From positions 1 to 39,876 of the forward strand of contig JBFYOK010000128.1 in the NCBI GenBank assembly GCA_041303845.1: 39,876 bases of DNA. Reading direction: 5' to 3'. This DNA is from Microbacteriaceae bacterium. GTDB lineage: Bacteria > Actinomycetota > Actinomycetes > Actinomycetales > Microbacteriaceae. The notes beneath the pieces are model-generated. The model was not told the DNA's origin. It ran no database searches and saw only the letters and a program-made list of their open reading frames with translations. The first letter of the stretch is position 1. The number at the start of each line of letters is the position of its first letter. Shown one piece after another: positions 7,559 through 15,598 of this stretch. A program made the position numbers and the translations under genes.

Positions 7559-7756
7559 ATGAAGAGTGAGGAACTCGCAATGTCAGAGTCTGTCTCAGGT
7601 AAATCACCCGCCGACGGCGAACGCCCCGCTGCATATCAGCGGACCGGCGCGCCCGGTAAGGGGTCGCCAGAATACGAGGCGATGGATCAGCTTGCAAAGC
7701 TCTTTGAGGCTCAGGTTGAGGAGCTCCGAGGGGACGAAGCGCCCAAGCAGCACTAG
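7559..7756 (+). CDS. hypothetical small hydrophilic protein (65 aa), divergent from heliorhodopsin
   Basis: ATG 7559 is preceded by GAGGAG at 7-nt spacing. The ORF track starts it at 7508. Sequence: MKSEELAMSESVSGKSPADGERPAAYQRTGAPGKGSPEYEAMDQLAKLFEAQVEELRGDEAPKQH. No family recognised. The C-terminal segment looks helical and amphipathic. Confidence 0.5.
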   Translation: MKSEELAMSESVSGKSPADGERPAAYQRTGAPGKGSPEYEAMDQLAKLFEAQVEELRGDEAPKQH

Positions 7757-7830
7757 GCCTGAACTGCTCGACGCACATCCTGTGCGAGTCGGTATTGTGA
7801 GAAAGGCCCAGATTTCACGAAGGAGTGGCA

Positions 7831-9201
7831 ATGAGCACGTACGTCGTAACTAATCCTGCAACTGGTGAAAAGAGCGCACCTTTCGCGCAAGCCACCGATG
7901 CAGACATCGCGAAGGCCGTCAGCCTCGCACACGAGACGCACCAGTCGTGGTCTAAGTCCACGAGTGTTTCCGAGCGTTCCGCTCTCATTGAGAAGGTTGC
8001 GGAACTGCACCGCGAACGACGCGAACACCTAGCCGAAATCATCGTGCGCGAGATGGGTAAGCCTCTCGCGCAGGCTCTCGGAGAGGTCGACTTCACCGCA
8101 GACATCTACTCGTTTTATGCGACCAACGGAGAGCGCTTTCTCGCCGATGAGCAGATTGCCGAGTTCGAAGGAGATGGAGAGGCGTTCATCCGCCGCTCAT
8201 CGCTCGGCGCGCTGCTCGGCATCATGCCGTGGAACTTCCCGTATTACCAGGTCGCACGATTTGCTGGCCCGAACCTCGTTCTCGGTAACACGATTCTGTT
8301 GAAGCACGCGTCACAGTGCCCGGAGTCTGCTGGAGCGATGGAGAAGATTTTCATCGACGCTGGCTTCCCAATCGGCGCGTACCAGAATCTTTACGCTGAC
8401 AGCAAGCAGATTGCGACGATTATCGCTGACCCACATGTTCAGGGCGTTTCGCTGACCGGGTCAGAGCGCGCTGGTGCGGCCGTCGCCGAACTTGCCGGCC
8501 GCCACTTGAAGAAGGTTGTTCTTGAGCTCGGTGGTTCCGACCCCTTTATCTTGCTCAGCACCGATGACATGGACTCGGCTGTCGAGTCTGCGGTTGCCGC
8601 TCGAAACGATAACAACGGCCAAGCGTGTAACGCCGGCAAGCGCTTCATCGTCATCGAGAGCCACTACGACGAATTCTTGGCCAAGTTCACGGCTGCACTG
8701 TTGGCTTCTGTTCCCGGTGACCCAATGGATGACGATACGTACCTCGGACCACTCTCGTCGGCCGGTGCCGCAGACGGACTGCAGGAGCAGGTCGATCGCG
8801 CGCTCTCGCAGGGAGCGACGGTTGCCGCCCGCGGTGACCGCAACGGAAACTACTTCTCGAGCGTCGTGCTGACTGGCATCACCTCGAAGATGGATGCGCA
8901 CCACGAGGAATTCTTCGGACCGGTTGCATTGGTGTACAAGGTGAAAGACGAGGCGGAAGCTGTGGCGCTCGCCAACGACACTCCATTCGGCCTCGGCTCG
9001 TACGTGTTCTCGACGGACAAGGCGCAGGTCATGCGTGTTGCCGACCAGATTGAAGCGGGCATGGTTTACGTGAACGGCGTCGGACTCGACAGTCCGGAAC
9101 TCCCGTTTGGTGGAGTCAAGCGTTCCGGTTTCGGACGCGAGCTCGGCCGCTTCGGCATCGAAGAGTTCGTCAACCGCAAGCTCATCCGCATTCTCAAGTA
9201 G
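7831..9201 (+). CDS. NAD(P)-dependent succinate-semialdehyde dehydrogenase (Sad/YneI-like aldehyde dehydrogenase)
   Basis: LGIMPWNFPYYQV, LLKHAS, LELGGSDPFI, NNGQACNAGKRF and GGVKRSGFGRELGRFGIEEF align with my recollection of E. coli Sad/YneI. I prefer ATG 7831, with AAGGAG 6 nt upstream, over GTG 7825. Confidence 0.8.
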   Translation: MSTYVVTNPATGEKSAPFAQATDADIAKAVSLAHETHQSWSKSTSVSERSALIEKVAELHRERREHLAEIIVREMGKPLAQALGEVDFTADIYSFYATNGERFLADEQIAEFEGDGEAFIRRSSLGALLGIMPWNFPYYQVARFAGPNLVLGNTILLKHASQCPESAGAMEKIFIDAGFPIGAYQNLYADSKQIATIIADPHVQGVSLTGSERAGAAVAELAGRHLKKVVLELGGSDPFILLSTDDMDSAVESAVAARNDNNGQACNAGKRFIVIESHYDEFLAKFTAALLASVPGDPMDDDTYLGPLSSAGAADGLQEQVDRALSQGATVAARGDRNGNYFSSVVLTGITSKMDAHHEEFFGPVALVYKVKDEAEAVALANDTPFGLGSYVFSTDKAQVMRVADQIEAGMVYVNGVGLDSPELPFGGVKRSGFGRELGRFGIEEFVNRKLIRILK

Positions 9202-9210
9202 TTCAGCGTG

Positions 9211-9244
9211 AATGGCCGTTGCCTCTCCCGAGGTGACGGCCATT
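9211..9244 (+). terminator. hairpin after the succinate-semialdehyde dehydrogenase gene
   Basis: AATGGCCGT (9211..9219) pairs with ACGGCCATT (9236..9244) around a 16-nt loop. It is followed by CCTCTTC, not a clean U-tract. Confidence 0.35.
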
Positions 9245-9266
9245 CCTCTTCAGAAGGAGCCCGATT

Positions 9267-10364
9267 GTGGCGTCACAGCTCTCAATGACAGATCAGGTCC
9301 AGGGGCGTTCGGAGTCTGTAGCGCTCATAGTTGGCGGAATCTCCGCCGTCTTCGGGCTCATCGCAGGCTTGGTGTTCTTGCGGATATCCCAGATGGCGCT
9401 CTTTGGCGAGGGCTCAGTTGGATACCTGGCTGCATGGTCGTGCACGATTGTCGGCATTCCCGCGTTCGCGTTTGGGTACCTTCGGTCAGCGAAGCTCGAC
9501 AAGGTTCGAAACGCGTGGCACAAGGAGCATCCTGTGCGTGCGGCCATCAACGCCACCGCACTGACGCTCACCGGAGCTTTCGTTACCTATTTGCTTGCGG
9601 CCGGGCTCTTCTACGTTTTTCAGGCAGCATTTTCCGGCATGTTGGTGCAGCGTTCATCGGGAGTAGTCATTGTCGCTGTGACGGCCGCGGTGGCCGGGTA
9701 CATGCTCTTTACGATTGCGAGCAATGTCACAACTGAGACAGTCTCAACTCTGCTGACACTTTTCTTATTCACCGGCGTGCTCGGCAGTATGTTGACCGCA
9801 CAAGATCCGCGATGGTGGCAAGTCAACTTCAGCTTCTTGGGCTCGGGACTAGGAGACCCGCTCTCGGCAATGGCATTCAACATCACGATCACGCTGTCTG
9901 GAGTGGTGCTGACGACGATGGCGGATTACCTCACGCGAGATCTCTACGAGATTGTCGCTCTGAGCGGAATCGATCGCCCAGCCCGACGCGTCAACGTGAT
10001 TCGCGCTCTCATGATGGTGATCGGTGTGGCATTCATGTTCGTCGGCCTTTTCCCGGTCGACAAGTTGCTCATCATGCACAACATCGGCGCCCAGGGGCTC
10101 TTCATCGGCTTCGGACTTCTCGTCATTTCCGTGCCGATTCTCACCAAGGTGTTTTCTCGGAGTTTTCAGATCACGTCCGTAATCTTCTTCGTGCTCACGC
10201 TATGGTCCGTGCTGCTCTTCAAACCGTTTGGGTATTACAACCTCACCGGACTTGAAATCATTGCTATCGCGCTGGTTTTCGTGTGGCTCATTCTCTTCGT
10301 GCGCACCACGGCAGCGGTCAAGCAGGATGTTCGACGCGAGGAAGCGCAGGAGCTCGGCCTCTAG
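9267..10364 (+). CDS. polytopic integral membrane protein, unknown function
   Basis: 365 aa. GTG start with GAAGGAG 7 nt upstream. About 10 hydrophobic segments. No family recognised. Confidence 0.65.
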   Translation: MASQLSMTDQVQGRSESVALIVGGISAVFGLIAGLVFLRISQMALFGEGSVGYLAAWSCTIVGIPAFAFGYLRSAKLDKVRNAWHKEHPVRAAINATALTLTGAFVTYLLAAGLFYVFQAAFSGMLVQRSSGVVIVAVTAAVAGYMLFTIASNVTTETVSTLLTLFLFTGVLGSMLTAQDPRWWQVNFSFLGSGLGDPLSAMAFNITITLSGVVLTTMADYLTRDLYEIVALSGIDRPARRVNVIRALMMVIGVAFMFVGLFPVDKLLIMHNIGAQGLFIGFGLLVISVPILTKVFSRSFQITSVIFFVLTLWSVLLFKPFGYYNLTGLEIIAIALVFVWLILFVRTTAAVKQDVRREEAQELGL

Positions 10365-10924
10365 TCCGGAGCGCCGACTGGAGTGTTCATCGCAGCCCAC
10401 GCCCACGCCGTTGCGTCTTCGGCAGGCGGCAGGGGGTCCATGTTGATCCACTCGCGCAGAATGCCGATGAATGAACCGGCCAGGCTCGCAGCCTGAACAT
10501 TGACGGGGACTGAACTGGCCGACGGAACGCCCGGTTGAGAGAGTCCATATGTCGCAAGCTGGATGATGCGGTCCGAAAGCCTGGCCACAATGAGGGGCGA
10601 CCCGGTCGAGCTCAACACTGTTTGGTACAGGGACGCGTTCTCCTGGACATGCGCGAAGTATCTCGTGATGAGGGCGCGAGGATCTGACTCGCCCATCGCC
10701 TCGATATCGGCCTCAAGCTGCGACTGTGCCTGCTCGGCAAATCGGTCCAATGCGTCCGCCAAGAGGGTCTCTTTGTCGGCATAGTGCTGGTAAAACGTGC
10801 TTCGATTCACTCCAGCGGCGTCAGCAATCATGGAGACGGACAGCGCCGGGAAGCCTTCGGTACGACACAGTTCGAGAAGGGCATCCTGCAGGCTTTGCTG
10901 TGTTCGCGCAATCCGGGGATCCAT
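10361..10924 (-). CDS. TetR/AcrR-family transcriptional regulator
   Basis: 187 aa. N-terminal HTH FPALSVSMIADAAGVNRSTFYQHYADKETLL. Divergent from the MMPL gene. Its stop overlaps the convergent membrane-protein stop (CTAG). Confidence 0.9.
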   Translation of the reverse strand: MDPRIARTQQSLQDALLELCRTEGFPALSVSMIADAAGVNRSTFYQHYADKETLLADALDRFAEQAQSQLEADIEAMGESDPRALITRYFAHVQENASLYQTVLSSTGSPLIVARLSDRIIQLATYGLSQPGVPSASSVPVNVQAASLAGSFIGILREWINMDPLPPAEDATAWAWAAMNTPVGAPD

Positions 10925-10977
10925 TCAATCGCTTTCTGTGAAAAAGGTGTTAAACACGTGGGCCAGATTGTTGTAAC

Positions 10978-11007
10978 CGACACCTGTCCTTTATCCTACA
11001 AGTGTCG
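10978..11007. promoter_or_regulatory. candidate TetR operator
   Basis: CGACACCTGT (10978..10987) and ACAAGTGTCG (10998..11007) form a 10-bp inverted repeat with one mismatch and a 10-nt spacer. It lies in the TetR/MMPL divergent intergenic region. Confidence 0.45.
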
Positions 11008-11071
11008 TTTTTCTCCTGCTGGCCATTCCGATGATGCAATTTCCGGCAAATCACTGTCAAAGGAATGCACC

Positions 11072-13789
11072 ATGGCCTCATTGCTCTACCGTCTCGGTCA
11101 ATTTTCTGCCCGCCGCGCGTGGCTCGTACTTGTCACGTGGCTTCTCGTTTTGGTTGCCGCAGCTGCTGCGGCCTTCGGACTCGGGGGAACGTTCTCGTCA
11201 TCGATGACGCTCAATGGGACCCCGTCTCAAAGCGTGATTGATCAACTCACGGAGTCATTTCCCGACGCGTCACGAGGAAGTGCGCAGTTTGTCTTTCACA
11301 AGTCAGACGGCACAGCTTTCACAGACGCAGAGCGCGAAGCCATCGACGTCGCGTTGACAAAGACGGCCGCCCTCGAGGGAGTGGATGGTGTCATCAACCC
11401 GTTCTCGGCTCAAGCGGCTAAGGACGAAAAAATCGCGGAGCTGGTTGACGCGCAACAAAAAATCGATGCGGCACCGAAGCAACTAGCCGACGGACAGGCT
11501 GCGATTGATTCAGGCTGGGCCAAGATTGCCGAGGCAGAAAATCAACTCGCGAGCGGCCAGGCCCAGATCGCCTCGGGACTCAAGCAAGTTGCAGACACGC
11601 GGCCATCCCTCGAATCGAATAAGTCGCAGCTTCAGTCGGCGATCGCTCAGGCAACCTCGAATGGCGCACCGCAGTCTCAGATTGACCAGCTCACGGGTCA
11701 GTTGCAGCAGGTCACGTCTGGGCTTGAACAGCTCGATGAGTCCGCTGCGGCACTCGCCAGTGCTCGGGTCGCGAGTCTCGCGGGTCAGGCAGAGATTGCG
11801 GACAACAAGCAGGCCTTGACGGATGCGCAGACGGAGCTCGACATCGCTCGCGCTGATCTTCCTGGTCAAATTCAAAAAGTCACATGGGGCCAGGAACTTC
11901 TCGCAGCCGCGGACAAGTACCGCGCTGTTTCCGTCGATTCGCAGACGGCACTCGGTGGCGTGTATTTCACCACACCCTTGTCGGACGTTTCCTCCGAGAC
12001 CAAAGACGCAGTCATCGACTCGTTGTCGAAGCTCGGTCTGACGAATGTCGAAGTTGAATTCTCTAAGGAACTCGCCACGTCACTCGGAAGCATTGTTGGT
12101 CCCGGCGAGATCGTCGGACTCGTCATCGCCGGAGTCGTGCTGTTCATCATGCTCAGCACTCTCATCGCCGCCGGTCTGCCCGTCCTCACAGCACTTTTAG
12201 GTGTTGCGATTAGTGCGCTGGGAGCTTTCGCACTCTCATCGGTCATCGAAATGAACTCAACGACGCCCACGCTGGCGGTCATGCTTGGACTTGCCGTGGG
12301 CATCGACTACTCCCTGTTCGTTCTCAATCGCCACCGCCGCCAACTCAAAGCTGGCGTGCCGGTGCAGGAATCGATTGCCTTGGCCAACGGAACGTCGGGA
12401 AGTGCCGTGCTCTTCGCCGGGCTGACCGTGATTATCGCGCTCCTAGCGCTCAACCTCACGGGCATCGGATTCCTTGGCCTTATGGGAAGCATCGGAGCCA
12501 TTGCCATTGCAATCTCGGTCATCGCGGCGTTGACATTTACGCCTGCCCTGATGAAGTTTGCAGGGCTAAAGGTGCTCAGTCGAAAGGAACGCGCCCGCCT
12601 CGACCTGGACAAGACAGGATCGATTCCCGTCGTGTCCGAAAAGGCCGCCACCAAGGCAAACCGCGAAGTTTGGGCGGCGAAGCGACCTGTTTGGGCACTC
12701 GTCATCACAGTTGGAGTGCTACTCGTAACCGCGATTCCCTTTGCCTCGATGCGTCTGGGCCTCTCCGACGGATTCTCTGAGCCCGTTGAATCGACCCAGT
12801 ATCGCGCCTATGAGCTCACCAGCGAAGGCTTTGGTGCGGGACAGAACGGCCAGATTACCGCGGCCGTCTCGTTTGATCAGCCTCTGGTCGGTGATGACGT
12901 GCTCGCCACGCAAGCCGACATCGCCTCAACGCTGATGGCTGTTGAGAATGTTGAGGCCGTCGTTGCCGGATCTCCATCTCCTGACTCAAAAACCCTGGTC
13001 TTCTCTGTTGTGCCGAGTGAAGGACCGGCGACGGTGTCTACGGAGCAGGTCGTCTACGACTTGCGCGCAAAATCTGGCGCAGTCGAAGCAACTACGGGCG
13101 GAGAACTCGGAATAACGGGCCTTGCCGCGGTCAACATTGACATTTCGAAGAAGCTCGCGGATGCACTTCCTCTTTATCTCGGAACCGTTCTCGCACTGAG
13201 TGTGCTCTTGATGATTCTCGTATTCCGGTCAATCGCCGTCCCCCTTGTTGCGAGTGCCGGGTTCTTGCTTTCGGTTTTGGCCGCACTCGGCGCCGTGACC
13301 GCGGTCTACCAATGGGGCTGGTTGGGCTCTGTATTCGGGGTGCACAACCCTGGACCAATCATGAACTTCTTGCCGACAATCCTGATCGGAGTTCTGTTCG
13401 GCTTGGCCATGGACTACCAGCTCTTTATCGCCACGGGAATCCGTGAGGCATACGTGCACGGCGATTCGGCGCGAGTCGCTATCACGCGGGGCGTTCACGC
13501 CGGGCGCGCGGTCGTCATCGCTGCCGCCATCATCATGATTGCTGTCTTCGGCAGCTTCGCCTTCGCCGAGTCAACAATGATTCGACCGATGGGATTTGGC
13601 CTCGCATTCGGAGTCCTTGTGGATGCCTTCCTCGTTCGACTTCTGCTTATTCCGGCAGTGCTTCGACTGCTGGGTAAGGGCGCCTGGTGGTTGCCATCCT
13701 GGCTAGATCGCGTCCTTCCGAATGTCGACGTGGAGGGATCCTCCCTCGAACGCGGGCAACGCAAGCAGGAGGTTGTGCTCGTCGCCTAG
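11072..13789 (+). CDS. MMPL/RND-superfamily membrane transporter with a long coiled-coil insertion in the first extracytoplasmic domain
   Basis: The real start is probably ATG 11072 (MASLLYRLGQFSARRAWLVLVTW...). The ORF-track start 10784 overlaps the TetR gene. There are two blocks of about 6 TM segments with typical MMPL motifs (GLAVGIDYSLFVLNRHR, GLAMDYQLFIATGIRE). A Q/A-rich heptad-like region spans roughly 11400..11900. Confidence 0.85.
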   Translation: MASLLYRLGQFSARRAWLVLVTWLLVLVAAAAAAFGLGGTFSSSMTLNGTPSQSVIDQLTESFPDASRGSAQFVFHKSDGTAFTDAEREAIDVALTKTAALEGVDGVINPFSAQAAKDEKIAELVDAQQKIDAAPKQLADGQAAIDSGWAKIAEAENQLASGQAQIASGLKQVADTRPSLESNKSQLQSAIAQATSNGAPQSQIDQLTGQLQQVTSGLEQLDESAAALASARVASLAGQAEIADNKQALTDAQTELDIARADLPGQIQKVTWGQELLAAADKYRAVSVDSQTALGGVYFTTPLSDVSSETKDAVIDSLSKLGLTNVEVEFSKELATSLGSIVGPGEIVGLVIAGVVLFIMLSTLIAAGLPVLTALLGVAISALGAFALSSVIEMNSTTPTLAVMLGLAVGIDYSLFVLNRHRRQLKAGVPVQESIALANGTSGSAVLFAGLTVIIALLALNLTGIGFLGLMGSIGAIAIAISVIAALTFTPALMKFAGLKVLSRKERARLDLDKTGSIPVVSEKAATKANREVWAAKRPVWALVITVGVLLVTAIPFASMRLGLSDGFSEPVESTQYRAYELTSEGFGAGQNGQITAAVSFDQPLVGDDVLATQADIASTLMAVENVEAVVAGSPSPDSKTLVFSVVPSEGPATVSTEQVVYDLRAKSGAVEATTGGELGITGLAAVNIDISKKLADALPLYLGTVLALSVLLMILVFRSIAVPLVASAGFLLSVLAALGAVTAVYQWGWLGSVFGVHNPGPIMNFLPTILIGVLFGLAMDYQLFIATGIREAYVHGDSARVAITRGVHAGRAVVIAAAIIMIAVFGSFAFAESTMIRPMGFGLAFGVLVDAFLVRLLLIPAVLRLLGKGAWWLPSWLDRVLPNVDVEGSSLERGQRKQEVVLVA

Positions 13790-13842
13790 CGGAGCGAAAA
13801 AGGCGCAAAACGCCGAGTTTTCGAACCTCATCGAATCGGCAC

Positions 13843-13872
13843 TTGACAGCAGGCAAGCCGTGGCATTAGATA
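13843..13872 (+). promoter_or_regulatory. sigma-70-like promoter for the bicupin/SDR/amidohydrolase/ABC operon
   Basis: TTGACA (13843..13848), an 18-nt spacer, then TAGATA (13867..13872). About 65 nt upstream of ATG 13938. Confidence 0.5.
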
Positions 13873-13911
13873 GTGTTCATTCTCACTAAACATTCAGTGA
13901 GAATGAACACT
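13872..13911. promoter_or_regulatory. perfect 16-bp inverted repeat overlapping the -10 element and predicted start site (candidate repressor operator)
   Basis: AGTGTTCATTCTCACT (13872..13887), an 8-nt spacer, then AGTGAGAATGAACACT (13896..13911). AT-rich relative to its surroundings and has no downstream T-tract. Confidence 0.55.
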
Positions 13912-13937
13912 CAGCCACTGCTCAAAGTCAGGTAGTC

Positions 13938-14834
13938 ATGACCAAGCGTCACGTGATCAAGAAGGCCGCCCAGGCGGATTTCCGGGTCGAACTGGGCATC
14001 GCCCCAGATTCAACCGGATACTCGCGTTGGCGCGCCGTGGGTTATGACGATGGCGCGGCTCACACCGACTTCGGGCTGTCCCGACTCGCTCCAGGCGGTT
14101 CCATACCGACTCACGTTCATTCGTTTGAAGAGCAATTCAACCTCATCTCGGGTGAAGTCATTCTTGTTACCCCCGAGGCAACGGTGCACTTGGTTGCGGG
14201 CGACTACGGCGTGATTCCCATCGGGGTTCCCCACTCGTGGCACACCGTTGGAAACGAGGTCGCCGAGTGGGCAGACATTCTCTCGCCACCTCCCCGTTCG
14301 GCGCAGAACTTTGACACCTACCGTGTGGCCGACGAGTCAGCTGGGACTCCGACGAAAGTGGATGCTCGCGACCCGCGCACGCGCTCGTTCGGAAACATCA
14401 CCGAGAGTCACATGAACCCCGGGCGCCAGTCGCAGGAACTCTTGGCTGTCTCAGCCAGCATGCGCACGGCGTTGCTCGTCTACAGTGGCATCTCGCTCAA
14501 GATGATGGTCGATTCCGATCTCGGGGCGGTTGCGTCGACGATGTTCATGGTCCAGTACGAACCTGACGGTAAAGCCGGACCTCACGATCATCCGCTCGAA
14601 GAGGCCTATCTCATCATGGACGGCGAGGTCGACGCGTGGTTCGACGGGGAATACGTGCGGATGGTTCCCGGGGACATGGCCTGGGCCGGAGTGGGCTGTA
14701 TTCACGCATTCCAAGCGGTTGGTGCTCCCGTGCGTTGGCTCGAGACTCAGTCGCCGCAGATGCCTCACCGTCACGCCTACCGGTTCTCGCGTGACTGGCA
14801 GTACCTGAGCGAGAAACTTGAGGGGGAGAAGTGA
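13938..14834 (+). CDS. bicupin metalloprotein (two intact cupin metal-binding motifs), function unknown
   Basis: 298 aa. Cupin 1: GGSIPTHVHSFEEQFNLISGEV ... GDYGVIPIGVPHSWH. Cupin 2: GPHDHPLEEAYLIMDGEV ... GDMAWAGVGCIHAF. Confidence 0.75.
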   Translation: MTKRHVIKKAAQADFRVELGIAPDSTGYSRWRAVGYDDGAAHTDFGLSRLAPGGSIPTHVHSFEEQFNLISGEVILVTPEATVHLVAGDYGVIPIGVPHSWHTVGNEVAEWADILSPPPRSAQNFDTYRVADESAGTPTKVDARDPRTRSFGNITESHMNPGRQSQELLAVSASMRTALLVYSGISLKMMVDSDLGAVASTMFMVQYEPDGKAGPHDHPLEEAYLIMDGEVDAWFDGEYVRMVPGDMAWAGVGCIHAFQAVGAPVRWLETQSPQMPHRHAYRFSRDWQYLSEKLEGEK

Positions 14835-15538
14835 GCACGAAAACAACACTGATTGTCGGCGGCACGTCGGGTATCGGACTCGAACTCGCCCAGACGCTCA
14901 TCGCCCGTGGCGAGAAGGTCATCATCACCGGTCGCGAGACGGAACGCGCACAGGCTATTGCCGCAACGCTCGGTTCTTCGGCAAGCGGTCTCGGCGTAGA
15001 CCTCTCGGTGCCTGAATCAATCGCCGAATCTCTCAAGAGTGTGGGTGAGGTCAACGGCCTCGTTTTGGCAGGCATTTTGCGCGACGCCAACACCGTGCGC
15101 GACTACAACATCGATCGAGCAAAGCTGCTCGTCACACTGAAGCTGGTGGGATACACCGAGACTGTTCACACGCTGCTCGGTCGCCTTCCGGAAAATCGCG
15201 ACACAGCGATTGTTCTTTTCGGTGGACGTGCAAAGGATGCCCCGTACCCGGGTTCGACCACGGTTTCGTCAATCAACGGCGGCGTCGAAGGCCTCACGCG
15301 AACGATGGCACTCGAGCTTGCCCCCATGCGCGTCAACGCAATTCACCCCGGCATCATCGGCAACAGCCCTTTCTGGAGTGACAAGCCGGCCGGCGTTCTC
15401 GACGGATACGAATCGCGCACACCAGGCGGAGAGCTCGCGACCATGGAAGACGTGGTCGGGGCAACGCTCTTTTTGCTCGACAACAAGGGAACATCCGGAA
15501 CCAATATTTATGTCGACCGTGGCTGGCGACTGACCTAA
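14831..15538 (+). CDS. short-chain dehydrogenase/reductase-fold protein lacking the canonical Ser-Tyr-Lys triad
   Basis: 235 aa. GTGA start/stop overlap with the bicupin gene. Has the cofactor motif VGGTSGIGLELA. The expected YxxxK position reads VSSINGG (15263..15277). Confidence 0.75.
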   Translation: MSTKTTLIVGGTSGIGLELAQTLIARGEKVIITGRETERAQAIAATLGSSASGLGVDLSVPESIAESLKSVGEVNGLVLAGILRDANTVRDYNIDRAKLLVTLKLVGYTETVHTLLGRLPENRDTAIVLFGGRAKDAPYPGSTTVSSINGGVEGLTRTMALELAPMRVNAIHPGIIGNSPFWSDKPAGVLDGYESRTPGGELATMEDVVGATLFLLDNKGTSGTNIYVDRGWRLT

Positions 15539-15598
15539 GCACCACCGCACCAAACGCACCATCACCACACAACAGCAGTTGCTCAACGAGGAGGAACA

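Noticed and set aside
8461-9243. 260-aa minus-strand ORF opposite the succinate-semialdehyde dehydrogenase gene
   Set aside because: An antisense artefact of high GC content. The + frame has the complete ALDH catalytic motifs.
10784-11071. 96-codon N-terminal extension of the MMPL ORF
   Set aside because: The extension overlaps the TetR gene and the operator region. The typical MMPL N-terminus (MASLLYRLGQFSARRAW plus TM1) begins at ATG 11072.
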